Shown in pieces: positions 23,654 to 36,176 of a stretch of 37,371 bases of DNA. The stretch is from Dimargaris cristalligena (Eukaryota). The number at the start of each line of letters is the position of its first letter. The first letter of the stretch is position 1. The position numbers were made by a program, and so were the translations under genes. The notes beneath the pieces are model-generated. The model had not been told where the DNA came from, searched no databases, and saw only the letters and a list, made by a program, of their open reading frames with translations. The stretch is taken from the NCBI GenBank assembly GCA_003614675.1, contig ML002368.1:1-37371 (forward strand), read 5' to 3'.

Positions 23654-24752
23654 CATATATTATTGACACATCTATAGATACCTTTCGGTTTAATTCTACA
23701 TATAATATTATTATTCTATACATACTTGGCCTTCTCGGTGAACGTGGAACTCTTTCGTAAAAACTCAGTTGCTCGTCATTTCCAATTGCTTTCGCAGTAT
23801 TGCTATTATCTCAACCACGGCATCGTTTAGTTTGCGACATTGAATTGCGATTTCTTCCATGGCGCTAATAAATATTCAGTGAACAATAATGAACATGGGG
23901 GTTACTGCCGGCCTTTTAATGATGGGTGCTATTTGAATTGGAGGAGTTCATCAGTAAGACTATCCCCTGATGTCCAAAGAGCTGATCTGCCTGACTGCTT
24001 AACCATGTGGAGTTGTGAGGGGAGAGGGGGCTCAAGATAGAGTGAGGCTGGCCTGAAAGGCGTGTAACCACGGCGTAACCCCAGAGCCGGCCACTAACCT
24101 GTCACTTCGCCCCAACCTTGGGCCACTTGGTTGTCCAAGTTCGTCCACGGGACCTCCGTAATGCCCAATTATGCCTTAAAGCTAGGCCTTCGTTCAGCGG
24201 TTCACGTAAAAAGAAACGCGAGAAGGAGGGAGGGCCATTGGGGTTAAGCAGCGCGATATTGTTGATGCAGGATTTGGTAGATAAAGCCTCTTGCTTATTG
24301 CAATGCTTATCACCCGATTCACCTTTTGAGGTACCAACCCCACCCCACACCCGCATCCAACACTCTCGCACTCAGCTGGCCGACTGCCCTGTTAGTCGCT
24401 CACCAAAGGGGAAGGAGAGGGAGGGGGCTTGGTTCGTCTTACGCCCACGCTTACTCTTTCGGCACTATCCTAACCCACACAAGCGGCACCTCCTAACCTA
24501 CCGCCCATACCACACCACCTTCCGCCTCCGTGCCCTTAAGGTCTCAACAGCACATCGCACTTGGTCTATGCTAATTGTTTCCTCTGTTTAACCTTCGCTA
24601 TTTCTCCCCCCTTTCTTCTCCTCCCTTTACTCCTTACTACTTTCTTTCATTCCCGACCGGGACTTTAAACCCTTTATTTGCTTCGGAGTGTTTCGCCCTT
24701 GTCCGCCGCCTACTTTGACCATCCCTCGTCGTATTTCCGTTGTCGATTGTAA

Positions 24753-24777
24753 CTCTCTCTCTCTCTCTCTCTCTCTC
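24753..24777 (+). repeat. (CT)12 microsatellite in VMA5 leader
   Basis: Directly visible ~12 bp upstream of the ATG. Confidence 0.95.
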
Positions 24778-24788
24778 ACCGTGCCAAG

Positions 24789-26553
24789 ATGCCCAACTAC
24801 TGGCTGATATCTCTACCCGCTGACGGTGACCGCAACACCGCCTGGCAGCGCCTCCGCTCCGACGTGGCCGCCGACCAAACGGACCTGTGTACCTTCAACG
24901 TCCCCGAATTCAAGGTAGGCATCCTCTTTTATCCGTGGGCTTTCAACTGTGCTAGCCTCAGCTCCCCTAATATTGGGTTTGGGGAGTAGCTTGGGCTGTC
25001 CAGGTCGAGCTGCCCCACTTGGCCCCGCACCCCCCTGAGCGGAGGTAAATGGGTGGAGCGGGGCGAGGTGGCTGGTTTACCATGTCCGTGCGTGGCGGAT
25101 GGGTTGGGACCAAGGCTGCCATCGGCACCTGGTGTTTATCGAACTAAGGGAAATTCGGGCGGCTGCTATATACCAGGGTATTATTAATGAATGGTGTGCC
25201 CCATACCCCCCGCGCTTGGCATGGTCCTAAAGGGGACACCCCCTTCGAACACAGACACGCTCACCTGCCAAGTCTCTATTATACTCCGATAAAAGCATCG
25301 TAATTTCTAACCCCTCTCGTATTCGCTCCTCTTGTTCCTCCCGTATAGATTGGTACTCTGGACAGTCTGGTGCAGTTATCCGATGAATTAATCAAGACCG
25401 ATATGGCCTACGGCGTGGTGACCACTAAAATTGTCGATGTTCTGCGCAATTTGGTTAAAGGGGACGAGCAGGTCCTGACCAGTATGCTGACCATTAATGG
25501 ACGTAAGTGACTTTGCGTTATTTAATTCATTTAGTCATAATTTCCCGGCTCAATTTGTCGATTGGTCATGTTCCGTCCATTTTCCCAAGTTTCTTAGTAT
25601 TATATAAGACTCATGCTCTATTCCCCCGTCGCACTTTCATTTGCCTATATCTACATAAAATAGGGTCGGTCGACCAGTACCTCAAGGGCTTTAGCTGGGA
25701 TACCTCCAAGTACCGCTCGGATAAATCTCTCAGTGATATCTGTGGCACCATTTCCCAGTCTGTCAGCTCTATTGAAACCGGCCTAAAGACCAAGTCCACT
25801 GTCTACAACACCGCCAAGAACAATCACCAGTCTTTGTCCCGCAGACAAAACGGTAACTTGTCTATCCGCTCCCTTACTGGTATTGTGAAGGAGGACCATG
25901 TTATCAAGGACTCCGAATACCTCCAGACCCTTTTCGTGGCTGTCCCCATCAACTCCGTCAAGGACTGGGAGACCCAATACGAAACCCTGTCCCAAATGGT
26001 GGTCCCCCGGTCGTCGGTCAAAATCACCGCCGACAACGACTACGCCCTATTCAGCGTGACTGTATTCAAGCGGGTTGCCGACGAGTTCGCCAACAAATGC
26101 CGGGACCGTAAATTCATTGTGCGCGACTACCAGTTCAGCCCCGAGCAGGAGCAGGCCGATCGCATGGCCCACCTGAACGCCGAGAGCGAAGAGAAGGAGC
26201 TGCAAACCACCCTCCTGCAGTGGTGCCATACCAGTTTCGGGGAAGTCTTCGCGGCCTGGATCCACATCAAAGCCCTCCGGGTCTTCGTTGAATCCGTCCT
26301 GCGTTACGGTCTGCCCCCGGATTTCATCGCCGCCCTCATTAAACCCAAGCCCAAGGCTGAGGCTAAGTTGCGTGATACCCTGGTGGCCCGTTACGCCAAC
26401 CTCGAGGGTAAACACAACTCCGCCAAGGGCTCCAGCAAGGCCGTCGACAACTCCGAAGGCTCCCATTTGGACGAGTTCCAGTCGGTGCTGGGTAACGACT
26501 ACACGCCTTTTGTGCTCTTCCAGGTCAACTGGAACTTGTTCGATAAGGAGTAA
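24789..26553 (+). CDS. VMA5: V-type proton ATPase V1 subunit C (exons 24789-24914, 25349-25502, 25664-26553; 389 aa)
   Basis: Spliced product contains YWLISLP, PEFKIGTLDSLVQLSDEL, YETLSQMVVPRS, AWIHIKALRVFVESVLRYGLPPDF. Introns GTAGGC...CTAAC...TATAG and GTAAGT...AATAG keep the frame; exon 2 is missing from the ORF track. Confidence 0.97.
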
Positions 26554-26770
26554 TATGGCCAATCATCAACGGCCCGACGCCATTTTCCTATTATCTTATG
26601 TAACCCACACCCTCTTTCGCCCACCCTGTTTTTTTATTAGGTCACTATTTACGAGACCGATGGCGACCTAGATGAGGTCAAAACATTTTTTGCCTTTTTG
26701 GTTTTGGTTGTCTTTCTTTCTATAAATACTTTATTCACCATCTATATTTAAATATGTTTTTATTTTAAAA

Positions 26771-26792
26771 TATATATATATATATATATATA
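26771..26792. repeat. (TA)11 tract in VMA5 3' region
   Basis: Directly visible ~220 bp after the stop. Confidence 0.9.
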
Positions 26793-27965
26793 GGTTCTGT
26801 GCTTATCATGAAAATAAGGGGTGACTGGTCTCCTTAAACCCACTCTTCCTCTCTCCCATACTTTGGGGTCCTCCCTGTTTTATTAAAACAATCTAGGCGC
26901 TAAGGGGTGCGGTGCAGTGGTTTATCCAAGTAGATAGCTTATAATATGACAAGTGTAAGCCGGATCTATAAAGGTAATGGTCAGCCCATTAGTCAGGTTG
27001 GGCAATTACGGCTAAAAGGAAACGGTCAATCCAGTCTTAAATTTGCATCACATTCCTTTATCCATAAGTGTTGTTTATTTTTCTTCACATCAATGAGACC
27101 TATTCAACAAGATAAGCGTGTGGGCCAGTTCACCATAAATGAACTGGTCATGAAATAGTTAATGTAGAACGTAATCTTGCCCACTTGGAGTGAAGGGGTG
27201 GGAAAACCAAGCCTATCCGGGCAGTGGGGGGAAAACAACGGGATTTGTATTAAGGCCAAGAAGACATTAAGATAACCCAGTGATCTTTTCCAAGCCCAAT
27301 CAATTCAAAAACTGATGGCCCGAGTAAATTGTTTACTTAGAAATCGCCTGACCAATTATTAAGATCACACTAATAACAATCGGTGGGGTTCCAGCGGACT
27401 CTGGACATCCATTTAATCCATAAAAATTGAAAATGAATGTATATGACCATAATCTTAATTCCCGCAATAGTCCGGCGATTGTATTCCATAATACGAATCA
27501 AGTATCCGTATCGGCAATCTTCTGATGAAAAGACTTTAACTTATTATAGTTTGTTACCAGCATTTTGTCTTCGTTTTCAAGCGAATATATATATGTGTCC
27601 GTATGGTGGTTTCATTTAATATCCCAACACCGTATTTTAAAGTAAAGCCAACAAAGAAACGGTACAGGAATGCAGTGAGCAAATATTTTTGTGGTCGAAA
27701 AAGCGTGATATACAGTATTGATGAGGGTATTGGTAGGTGCTGTACCAAGTCATACTGCTGTTCAAACTTGGGTATATATACCACGAAGCTCGGCCCGCTG
27801 GGTTATTCGGTACCAGGATCTATACTCGCTACGTTGGCAACTCTCTCCATCCTTGTCTGTTTATATTCGCTCTTCGCCAGTTATCATCGAAGCCTTCGCG
27901 TTGCCATTCCTTTTATCGTATAACGCTGCTCTTTATTCCCACCGCCTTACCAGCTAATCCCAGCC

Positions 27966-28640
27966 ATGTCCTTGAATTCATCTCCAGACTATTCCGGCTA
28001 TGCTAGTTACTCCTGGGATGATCCACTTAGCACCATCGATGACGAAGGGCCATGTCCCGAACTGACTGATCAATCTGAAAGCGACGACGTTGAAGAAGAT
28101 GATCCTCTTCTCGAAGATGACTCCCAAAGTATTACCAGCTCTGATTCGAGCTCAGCTACCTCGATGATGGCATATTTCGATGACGAGGTCGATACCCGAG
28201 TGTGCGTAGGCGGTAAGTTTAAAATGCATCATTCTTATAACATATACAATTTTGGCTATGCACTTTGAATTATGTATCGGTTATATATTGCCATAATTTA
28301 ACTTATATTTGATGAATTTAGTTAGCGTAAAGTCACCGCTTCGGCCTATTCTTCACATTAATAATTGCATTGTGTTATGCTGCGTTGACAACGGACCTAT
28401 CATCAACTACCTACTGTTGCGTATTAATATTTAACCCTGCTATTAGATATTATAGAATATTCGCACGAACGAGATGGTGAGCGGCTGACAGCTCGCGTTA
28501 CGGGAACCCCCCGGGGAGCATATTCCTTAAAAATTTTGGAGGACGGATTAGAGGAAACGTACGAAGTTACTGCTATTTTCCTCTATTCCGTAAGAAAGAG
28601 ATCCCCCAGCCCCACCTTCGAAGGAACTGGGATTCATTGA
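27966..28640 (+). CDS. Small hypothetical protein, acidic N-terminus plus Tudor/SH3-like beta-barrel pattern (exons 27966-28212, 28447-28640; ~146 aa)
   Basis: D/E/S-rich exon ends at G|GTAAGT; acceptor TATTAG| restores the frame as ...RVCVGDIIEYSHERDGERLTARVTGTPRGAYSLKILEDGLEETYEV...; 3' end uncertain. Confidence 0.55.
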
Positions 28641-31236
28641 ATACCCTTGAAGTACGGTATCGATCACCGGTTGAATTAGAGGTACTTGAGCCATGGATAA
28701 ACCCAAAAGCCCACATCCCAGTCTATCGAAGGATATTCCCAAAACCTAGTAGATATGAATGTAATTATTTCTATTCTATTAACAAATATATATATCCGGC
28801 CCAGCTTCTATTCGTGTAGACCACCTTACCCTCATTTTTTTAGCTACAGCTCGTGGACCTAGTTCATATATTTGTTAGTATCAATACGTTTCTGTGTGCC
28901 GATGAGTCTACAATTTTTATACCACTTTACATCGTCACTATACTGTACCTGTCAACCAGACCCAAATCAACACTTATAATAACCATTTCATACATGTCAA
29001 CCACCTTTATTTTTCTTACCGCCTTATCAACCTATACCTATTTTTATATGATCCCCTAAAAAATTCCAAAAGAATATACGAAATCAGATAATATAATACA
29101 ATTTGAAGAGTATTTCAACCAAATCCCAAAAGCCGAGTGGGCCAATCAGAGATTCAACTGTTCGAGAATCCTCAAAAATACAAGGTGAAGCCCTCTATCA
29201 CTCAATGTACTATGTGTGGCTTAGCTCATTAAGCGGCAGTATGGTCAGTGGGGACAAGTAGACGATAGGGGAAGTGACTGAGCCCTTAATTGAGTGATGT
29301 CAACCTTTACTTCATACGCCTCGGAATTCCTCTTTTCTTGTGGGCCTGATGTGACTGCGACTGTGGGACAATCGTCCCTACCAAATAGGAATCTAAATGT
29401 GCGGGCCAATCGAGATAAAGCACAACAATCCGTAGGCCACTTGCTCCACAGCTACGTCTACCTTGAAATTCTACTGGAATATGAGCAGCCGGTATATTAC
29501 GTTCAAGCAACTAAATGTGGCTTGTTATTTCGAAGCATCCTCCAATATCCAACTTCTAATCCTATATGGTTATATTTTGATTCGCTGAATTTAAAATAAG
29601 GTTAATGTCCACTCCTTTCTTTTTCTTAAAGCCAGCGTCGTACCGGTTATTCACTCAAGTGCTGCATTCAAACCTAATCCTTAGGAAGCTACTAAACATG
29701 GGACGTCTATCAACCGAGATCAATTAGCTGTGGAATGATAAATGTAAATATAAAATACTTCAGCTAGGTACTGGTCACTAACAAGGGTCAAGCATCTCAA
29801 GGCATGTATGAAGGAAAGTCGACATCGGAGTTGTCCATCTTAAGGGAAGTCACGATATTATGATTATATGGGACCCCGATAGCCAGAAAGGGCAGTTCAG
29901 GAAAGAGGCCACCCGTGCCGCTCAGATAACTGTGAATGGCCCGGATGCTGCCCCTTGGAGGATTGATCTCCTTGGTCCCCAGGATTACTGACCAACTTAT
30001 GTGCCTGTATTTTTTACCAAGAATACTACATGTGGCATAAATCAAGGGTATATTTCTAGCAGGTGTGGGTAATATATAGAACACACCATGATATTTACAA
30101 GATTACAAATTAAGAGGTGGTTGATCAATGCAATCATTCGGATGGGGCATGGTACTGGGCAGTTATGTGTAACTACCATTGTGTCATGAGTAGCGTAACC
30201 CTCACGAATAATGTTACTTATCCCAAATACCGCCAAAGAAAATTACATGCCATGTGGATTTTCCCAATAGAGGAAGCCGAATCTAACGGACCTTTCTATA
30301 CGATATTATTGGGCATCTAGTTAACTCCGGAGTCCCCCCCACTCATTCTTTTATGGACTGTCAGTTTTTTTAAAAATTGTTTAGGCTATACTTATTATTA
30401 ACCCTGGAATTGACTCTGAGTACCATTTTAATTAGTTATCCTTGGGGATTATTAGTAATTTTTGGGCCAGTTTAAACACCAAGAATACCCTCCACTGAAT
30501 GCCCACCCCGTATTATTCCTCCTCAATATACTATATTTATAATACTACCAACTATGGAACCCTCTAGCTGTTAATTGAGAGCTATCGAGACTGATCTGAT
30601 GGCACACAGTATATTGTTGATATAGCTAACTGCATATTTTGTTTCGTGCATCGTAGATAAAAAGCGGGGGAGTAAAACGACGGATTAATAAACTGTAATA
30701 ATTACTTGCAGCAGTAAATTGTTTGGAGAGTATGGAATTACAATCTCAATTGGACAAATGTGATTTAATAGAAAATATGATACGGTGAAGTCTTGAGGTC
30801 ATTTGAATCTTGAACATTGTAATTTAAAACCAAGTAAATATATTTTGCTATAGTAAACACAATAACCTCGCATGTATACTATTATTTATAAAAAACGGCG
30901 AAGAAATATACGCCAATTTTCTTCTTTCATGAACGAGTCTCATATTTAGCGATATAGAGCTGATACCAGTAGGCTGAGCAGTCAAATGTACCCTCAGAGA
31001 GTTGAAAGGCGCATTCCTTTTTATAGACATTTTATTATTCATCAACACATCAATATTTTAAAAAATAATAGATATGGGCCGCACTAATAATGGTGGCCAA
31101 GAAGGATATAATTTGGGTTTTTGGAAGCGGTTGGTTGACCATGGGGGCTCAGCTAATTATAGGTGACGGTCCAGAGCCTAGAGTTGACTAGACTATAATA
31201 CCAGATAGACAATACCACTAAACAAATATTGGCCGT

Positions 31237-32913
31237 TTAGGGGCCATTCGGAGGCATTAAGTTATCCATAGGCGGCAGATGGTCCCAATTCGCCGGCGGA
31301 GGAGGCATCGTTACACGCCGAATAGCTGGAGGAGGTCCTAAGGCATTATTGTTGTCAATTACGCTTTGGGGGGTACTGCCAGGAGTACGGTTAGGTATAT
31401 AATGTTCATCAATATACTCCCTCAACAATAGGTACACTTCATTTTCATCAACAAGGTTGTTCAGTACAACCGGGGGTGCCAATGGGCCGACGGTTGGGAT
31501 ATCATAATTCACTGGGTTAGGGTTTTGATCGTAGAGATGGAAGACCGTTTTACCAGCAGCATCCAAATGAATCGGATAAATGGCCCGGAACATAAACAAT
31601 TCGCAATTGGGTGGGTTCAGATTACCATCACCAGCTAAGGTAAGAGTGATTTGCTCTCTGCTAATCCAGCCTCGCTGCACAGCACAAGCTCCTATATTGT
31701 CAATGGGAGCGGAAACTTGCTGCGGATCGATTAAAGCACGAACAAGGTGGTTATTGCCCTGGATACTTGCGACCAGAAGAGCTAGTTGGTGCTCCTTAGG
31801 TTGTAGCCTTCCAGATACAGCTCCAAACCCAATAGCACTATACAATGTATCGAAGGTACTATTCCCAGCTAGAAGCATAATGTACCCTAAAAAGACGGTC
31901 ATATATCGAGCCTTGTGGAACTCCTGGTTTTTAGCGTACTCGACGTAGTCCTTTAAATCCAGGGGATTCTCGATATCAGGGTCTACACTTTGGCGCATGT
32001 ATAACAGGGTGGCTAGAAACTGGATGTAGCTCTCCGGGACGTACTTGTAGAAATTTCGGCTCAGCGCTTCGCCAAAGGCGGCACTCAGGAAGTACTCGGA
32101 CATGGTTTGGGTCTGTTCTAGCTCGCCCTTCATGAGACGGTCATGGAATGGAAAGAAGGTCTTCCGGGAGATTTCGGTAGTCGTGTCGAATTGCTGGTTA
32201 TGGGTATTCTTTTGCAGCCATTGTAGCTCGGGCCGAAAAGTCTCAAGGGCCTCCCAAAGGATCATATTATTAGCCACGTGGGGGCCGGGGGGTCGACTTT
32301 CCAGTAAGGGCTGGCCCAGCTTGTCGTAACCCAGTGCATCCAGGTTCTGATAGATGAGGTGGACGAAGGCGGGAAGGATAGTGATCTCCACCAGGGGCAT
32401 GAATGCGGCCAGTTTGGCATCAGCCTCCGCAGGGCCCAAATTCAGGGTATTGTAGCTCTCGGGGTTGGCAAAAAATGCCTCCTCAGCCTAGGACAGTACA
32501 GAGTAGATAAGTGGTATAATTGGGGTATAATTATTGTGAGTGGATATATCTTAATTGGTAGAGATTTGATAATAATAATATTGGCAATTCGATAGTCCAT
32601 ATAGCATGCAAAGGAACCAATAAGGCGGTTGCTAGGGGTTGGGGAGTATTAGTGTATAAGTCAACTCAGCAGAAAAGCCTCTTGACATTACCTTGTTAGT
32701 CTTTCTTGTAAATGGGTCAAGTTCAAATCTATTCCAGTGTTGAGACACAGGGCCTCTTCGGGTATGCTCATACGGGGGAACCCACCCAAGAATCATGGCG
32801 AGGACTTCATCAGGGGCATTGTTGATTGAAGCCGGACCCCAGATGTTGGCCGAATAGGCCCCGGTGGCCAGGAACACAAGCGCAACAGTGCTTAGACGAA
32901 CCTTGGTAACCAT
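31237..32913 (-). CDS. Putative secreted F-box protein, paralog B (exons 32913-32692, 32487-31237; ~490 aa)
   Basis: MVTKVRLSTVALVFLATGAYS signal-like leader; INNAPDEVLAMILGWVPPYEHTRRGPVSQHW F-box-like motif; phase-0 intron 32691-32488 (AAG|GTAATG...CCTAG|GCT) at the same position as in paralog A; long identical blocks with A (e.g. KYVPESYIQFLATLL, FLGYIMLLAGNST). Confidence 0.88.
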
Positions 32914-33111
32914 ATTTGCGAAAATGTATCCAACCGGTCGGCTGAAGTAGTAGTTGGGGACAAACGGATGTCGAGGCTCAAAATAATAGGTTCGAGAGAT
33001 GGGGGTGTATCTCTGAAATAGAAGGGGCTAAATAGGTCGAGGGGATGGATGTACAGGCGAAGACGATATTATCTGAAGTACAGCTGGCAGTAAACGGGCC
33101 ACAGTTGCCGG

Positions 33112-33179
33112 TTTATATATCAGAGTGGTTCAGCGTAGCTGCATCACGAGCAACCTATTCAATGAGATGAGTGTAGCCG
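33112..33179 (-). promoter_or_regulatory. Conserved 23-bp upstream motif (33179-33157) and TATA box (33119-33112) of paralog B
   Basis: Reverse complement of the 2056-2078 motif; TATATAAA at equivalent spacing. Confidence 0.6.
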
Positions 33180-34033
33180 GCCGACGCTAAATATCCTGCT
33201 TAGTTTTCTATATTTTTTTTATAAAAAAAAAACGCAAGCGTTGAGTCTCACCATTATACCTATTGTAGTATATTCGACTGTAGAGGCTGGTGCTATTGAG
33301 TTGGTCATATTGCATTACATTGTCTCCTAAGAGATATCGATATGAGGTCTGTTTAAGGACCCTAAACAGTGCGGGACTATTCTTGTACGACGGATTGGAG
33401 TCCAATAATGGACTTCGTTCGTATCCCGGCACATTGGCTTGGACCGTGGCCTATGCATTTTGCTTGGGAATCCCTGGGCTCTCGATAAATCCTTGTTGGC
33501 CCGGGTAGCCCTGTTTTAGGGTGATTGGTTTAGAATGCCTTTGTATCCCACCCAAAAGACACCATTCACATACCCTGGCACCATAGGGCCTAGCTGGTGG
33601 TATAGGGGACCTACCTTTCCGTCCCTAGGGCCTTGAAAATCACCATTTTGCGCCTTTTCGATCAATCAGAATTGCCACAAGTGATACAGATGCGCAGACC
33701 CCTAATACTTTCCTTCCATAGAGAACGTCGTAGTGTGAAATTTGGCGTAGTAGTATGGCAAAGCAGGTGTTGAATGGCATCGGGGAGAGAGTGGTATTCC
33801 ATTTAATAGATTATATTATTGAACAGCCCAACATAGATTTTGCAGTGGCTCCACAAATATATTATATTGCTGGTGTGTTACCTCTCCCCCAATAGTTGAA
33901 CATATGCACTTGCCGTGGTCTGCCCTACAGTTAAATAACCCATGAATTAGGTGTGCCACAGTTGGCAAAGACCCCCCCCCCCATTGTCTTTAATGTGCTA
34001 CCTCAAGTAATATGACCTATCCTGCATCCATTA

Positions 34034-34627
34034 TGTTGCCCATGTTGCCCATGTTAATCATTCTTAGTCTGTCAAGAGTCCCGAGGATAGGCTTCTAATG
34101 GTAGGTGGGGCTTAGACTTAGCCAAGCAGGCTACTAGTATTAGGGAGGGATTGGTACTAACTAATAAAGGATGAGTGCAGGCTAATGCAAGGGACATGCA
34201 GTGGGCACACTTACTGGCTAATACAATGGGTGAGTGTATAAGGAGTTTATTGAGGTAAACTGGGGGGATAAGAATAAGCTAAAGAATCTAACTAGTCCAG
34301 GATGGGCCCAGTTATATATATGTGGGGACAGCTCCAGAGGGAGGTCCCCAGGGGAAGGGTACTACTAAGACTAAGGTATAGGTAGATAAATAGTCTAACC
34401 AGATGGCTTTGTATCTGGAAGACTATTATGGTAACCAGAAGAGTCTTTGGGTCACTAATTGAGTGATTAGTGTGAAGAGGCAGAGTCTGGAAGGGGAAGG
34501 GTTATATGATATAGAAGGATCCCAAAGTACTGGAGGGCGACTATGGGAAGTTATATATGGTACTATATGACCCAGTTAGGATAGGTGATTGCTATACCTG
34601 GATTAAGTCAGATTAGAAGGGCTGACA
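34034..34627 (-). mobile_element. Solo LTR copy B, 594 bp, TG...CA termini, 5-bp TSD CATTA
   Basis: CATTA (34029-34033) | TGTTGCCC ... GGGCTGACA | CATTA (34628-34632); imperfect terminal inverted repeat; absent from the homologous position (1188-1192) of the other arm. Confidence 0.9.
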
Positions 34628-35782
34628 CATTATCAGTCTAGGTGCTTATCACATATCTGCATATAGGCCCTTAATCCAATACTCCATTTTCCAGCTGGCT
34701 GATAATAGGGCAACAATACCAGGCAGCTCACCTGTGGTCAAATGTCAATATTATATGGAGGTAGAGTAGGCAGCAAAGTAGTAATTTTATTACATCCCTC
34801 ACTTTGTGTAGTTGATGTGGGCTTGGTTAATCAAGGGAATACTGGTCAAAGCAAGCTGGGGATTTTTCAACCCATCCAAGGGCCCCAGTCCAAGGGTCCT
34901 GGAATTATAATATACATAGTTCCCAACTCCTGCTGCACGGGGCACTGAGGTTAAACTTGTAGACAACTATATGGCCATTTTTGCATAAATGTTGTCCTGG
35001 GTGGTTAGCCACTAATGTTGCTGGCAGTAAAGGAGACATGTTGTTGGAAATTGTTGCAGGCTCTCTCAATGATTTAATTTGGAGACAGATAAATGAGGTT
35101 AATATAAAATTAATAATAGAATAGAAAGAACTGCAACAGGAAATTTAAATATTTGCAACAGTATCCATTAGATATGTTTAGATCTACCAGAAGTGTTTAT
35201 AGAGCCCAACTAGTTAAAATATTATTAAATACCCAGAATGAGATGTATATTTGATAGTTACCAGTAGAGCAATACAGTGAAAAAAACATCAATTTACCAC
35301 CCTCTTGGTCAAATCCTATATTAAGGAGCTTAATGTTGCAGCCAGTTGGCTAGTCTGTCAGATGTACTTACACAGATTAAACAGATATATTCCTTGCCAT
35401 TGAACTATTCAAGGTACATACACTCATTTTGATTTAATAGTGATGCAATGAATACAGGCATGGCCAACAAAGACATATTAGATTAATATTGTTAAAGGCA
35501 TGTCCCGACAGGTCTATCATTCTTATTAGAAATATAAATACAATAGTAAATGTAAGTACCTTCAAATGCAACTATAAGGATTTAAAGAATAGAGAAAGAA
35601 CCACAAGGGGCAAAGCTAGATGCCTACAGTTGGTTTTATTGTATTGGAAATAGCAGTAATGATGATAAAAACATTGTTCTGAGTATAGGGTGATATAATC
35701 ATAGATAGAGAATAGTCTCGGGTATTAGGACGGACCAATCAGAGTAAAGGATTTGGAGGGGCGGGAGAAATGAATTTCTAAT

Positions 35783-36176
35783 ACTAACTACTATTAGAGT
35801 CTTCTAGATACCTACAACTATCTAGTCAGCCTATTCATTGATCCTATAGTCTTAGTAGTATCCTTTCCTTGGGACCTCCCTCTGGAGCTATCCCCACATA
35901 TATAACTGGGCCCTATTGGGACCAGTTAGATTCCTTAGCTAATTCTTACCCCTAGTTTACGCTAATAAACTCTCTATATACTCACTCCCCCATATTAACT
36001 AGTGAATTTGCCCACTGCATGTCCCTTGTACATACCTACTACTAAGCCTTTATTAGTTAGTACCATGTCCTATACCTAATACTAGTAGCCTGCTTGGCTA
36101 AGTCTAAGCCCCACCTACCATGAGAAGCTTATCCTTGGGACTCTTGATGGACTAAGAGTAGTTAACCCAGGTGATA
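35783..36176 (+). mobile_element. Truncated solo LTR copy C (opposite orientation to A and B)
   Basis: Reverse complement of the first ~400 bp of A/B (GGGACTCTTGATGGACTAAGAG...GGTGATA end at 36176); left boundary approximate. Confidence 0.8.

Larger units (their letters stand above)
31098..35475 (-). repeat. Right arm of inverted segmental duplication, interrupted by solo LTR B
   Basis: Reverse-complement collinearity with 213-4145; homology resumes on both sides of 34034-34627. Confidence 0.9.

Noticed and set aside
29100-31050. Short ORFs between the acidic gene and paralog B
   Set aside because: AT-rich, mostly non-ATG starts, no motifs or consistent splice chain found.
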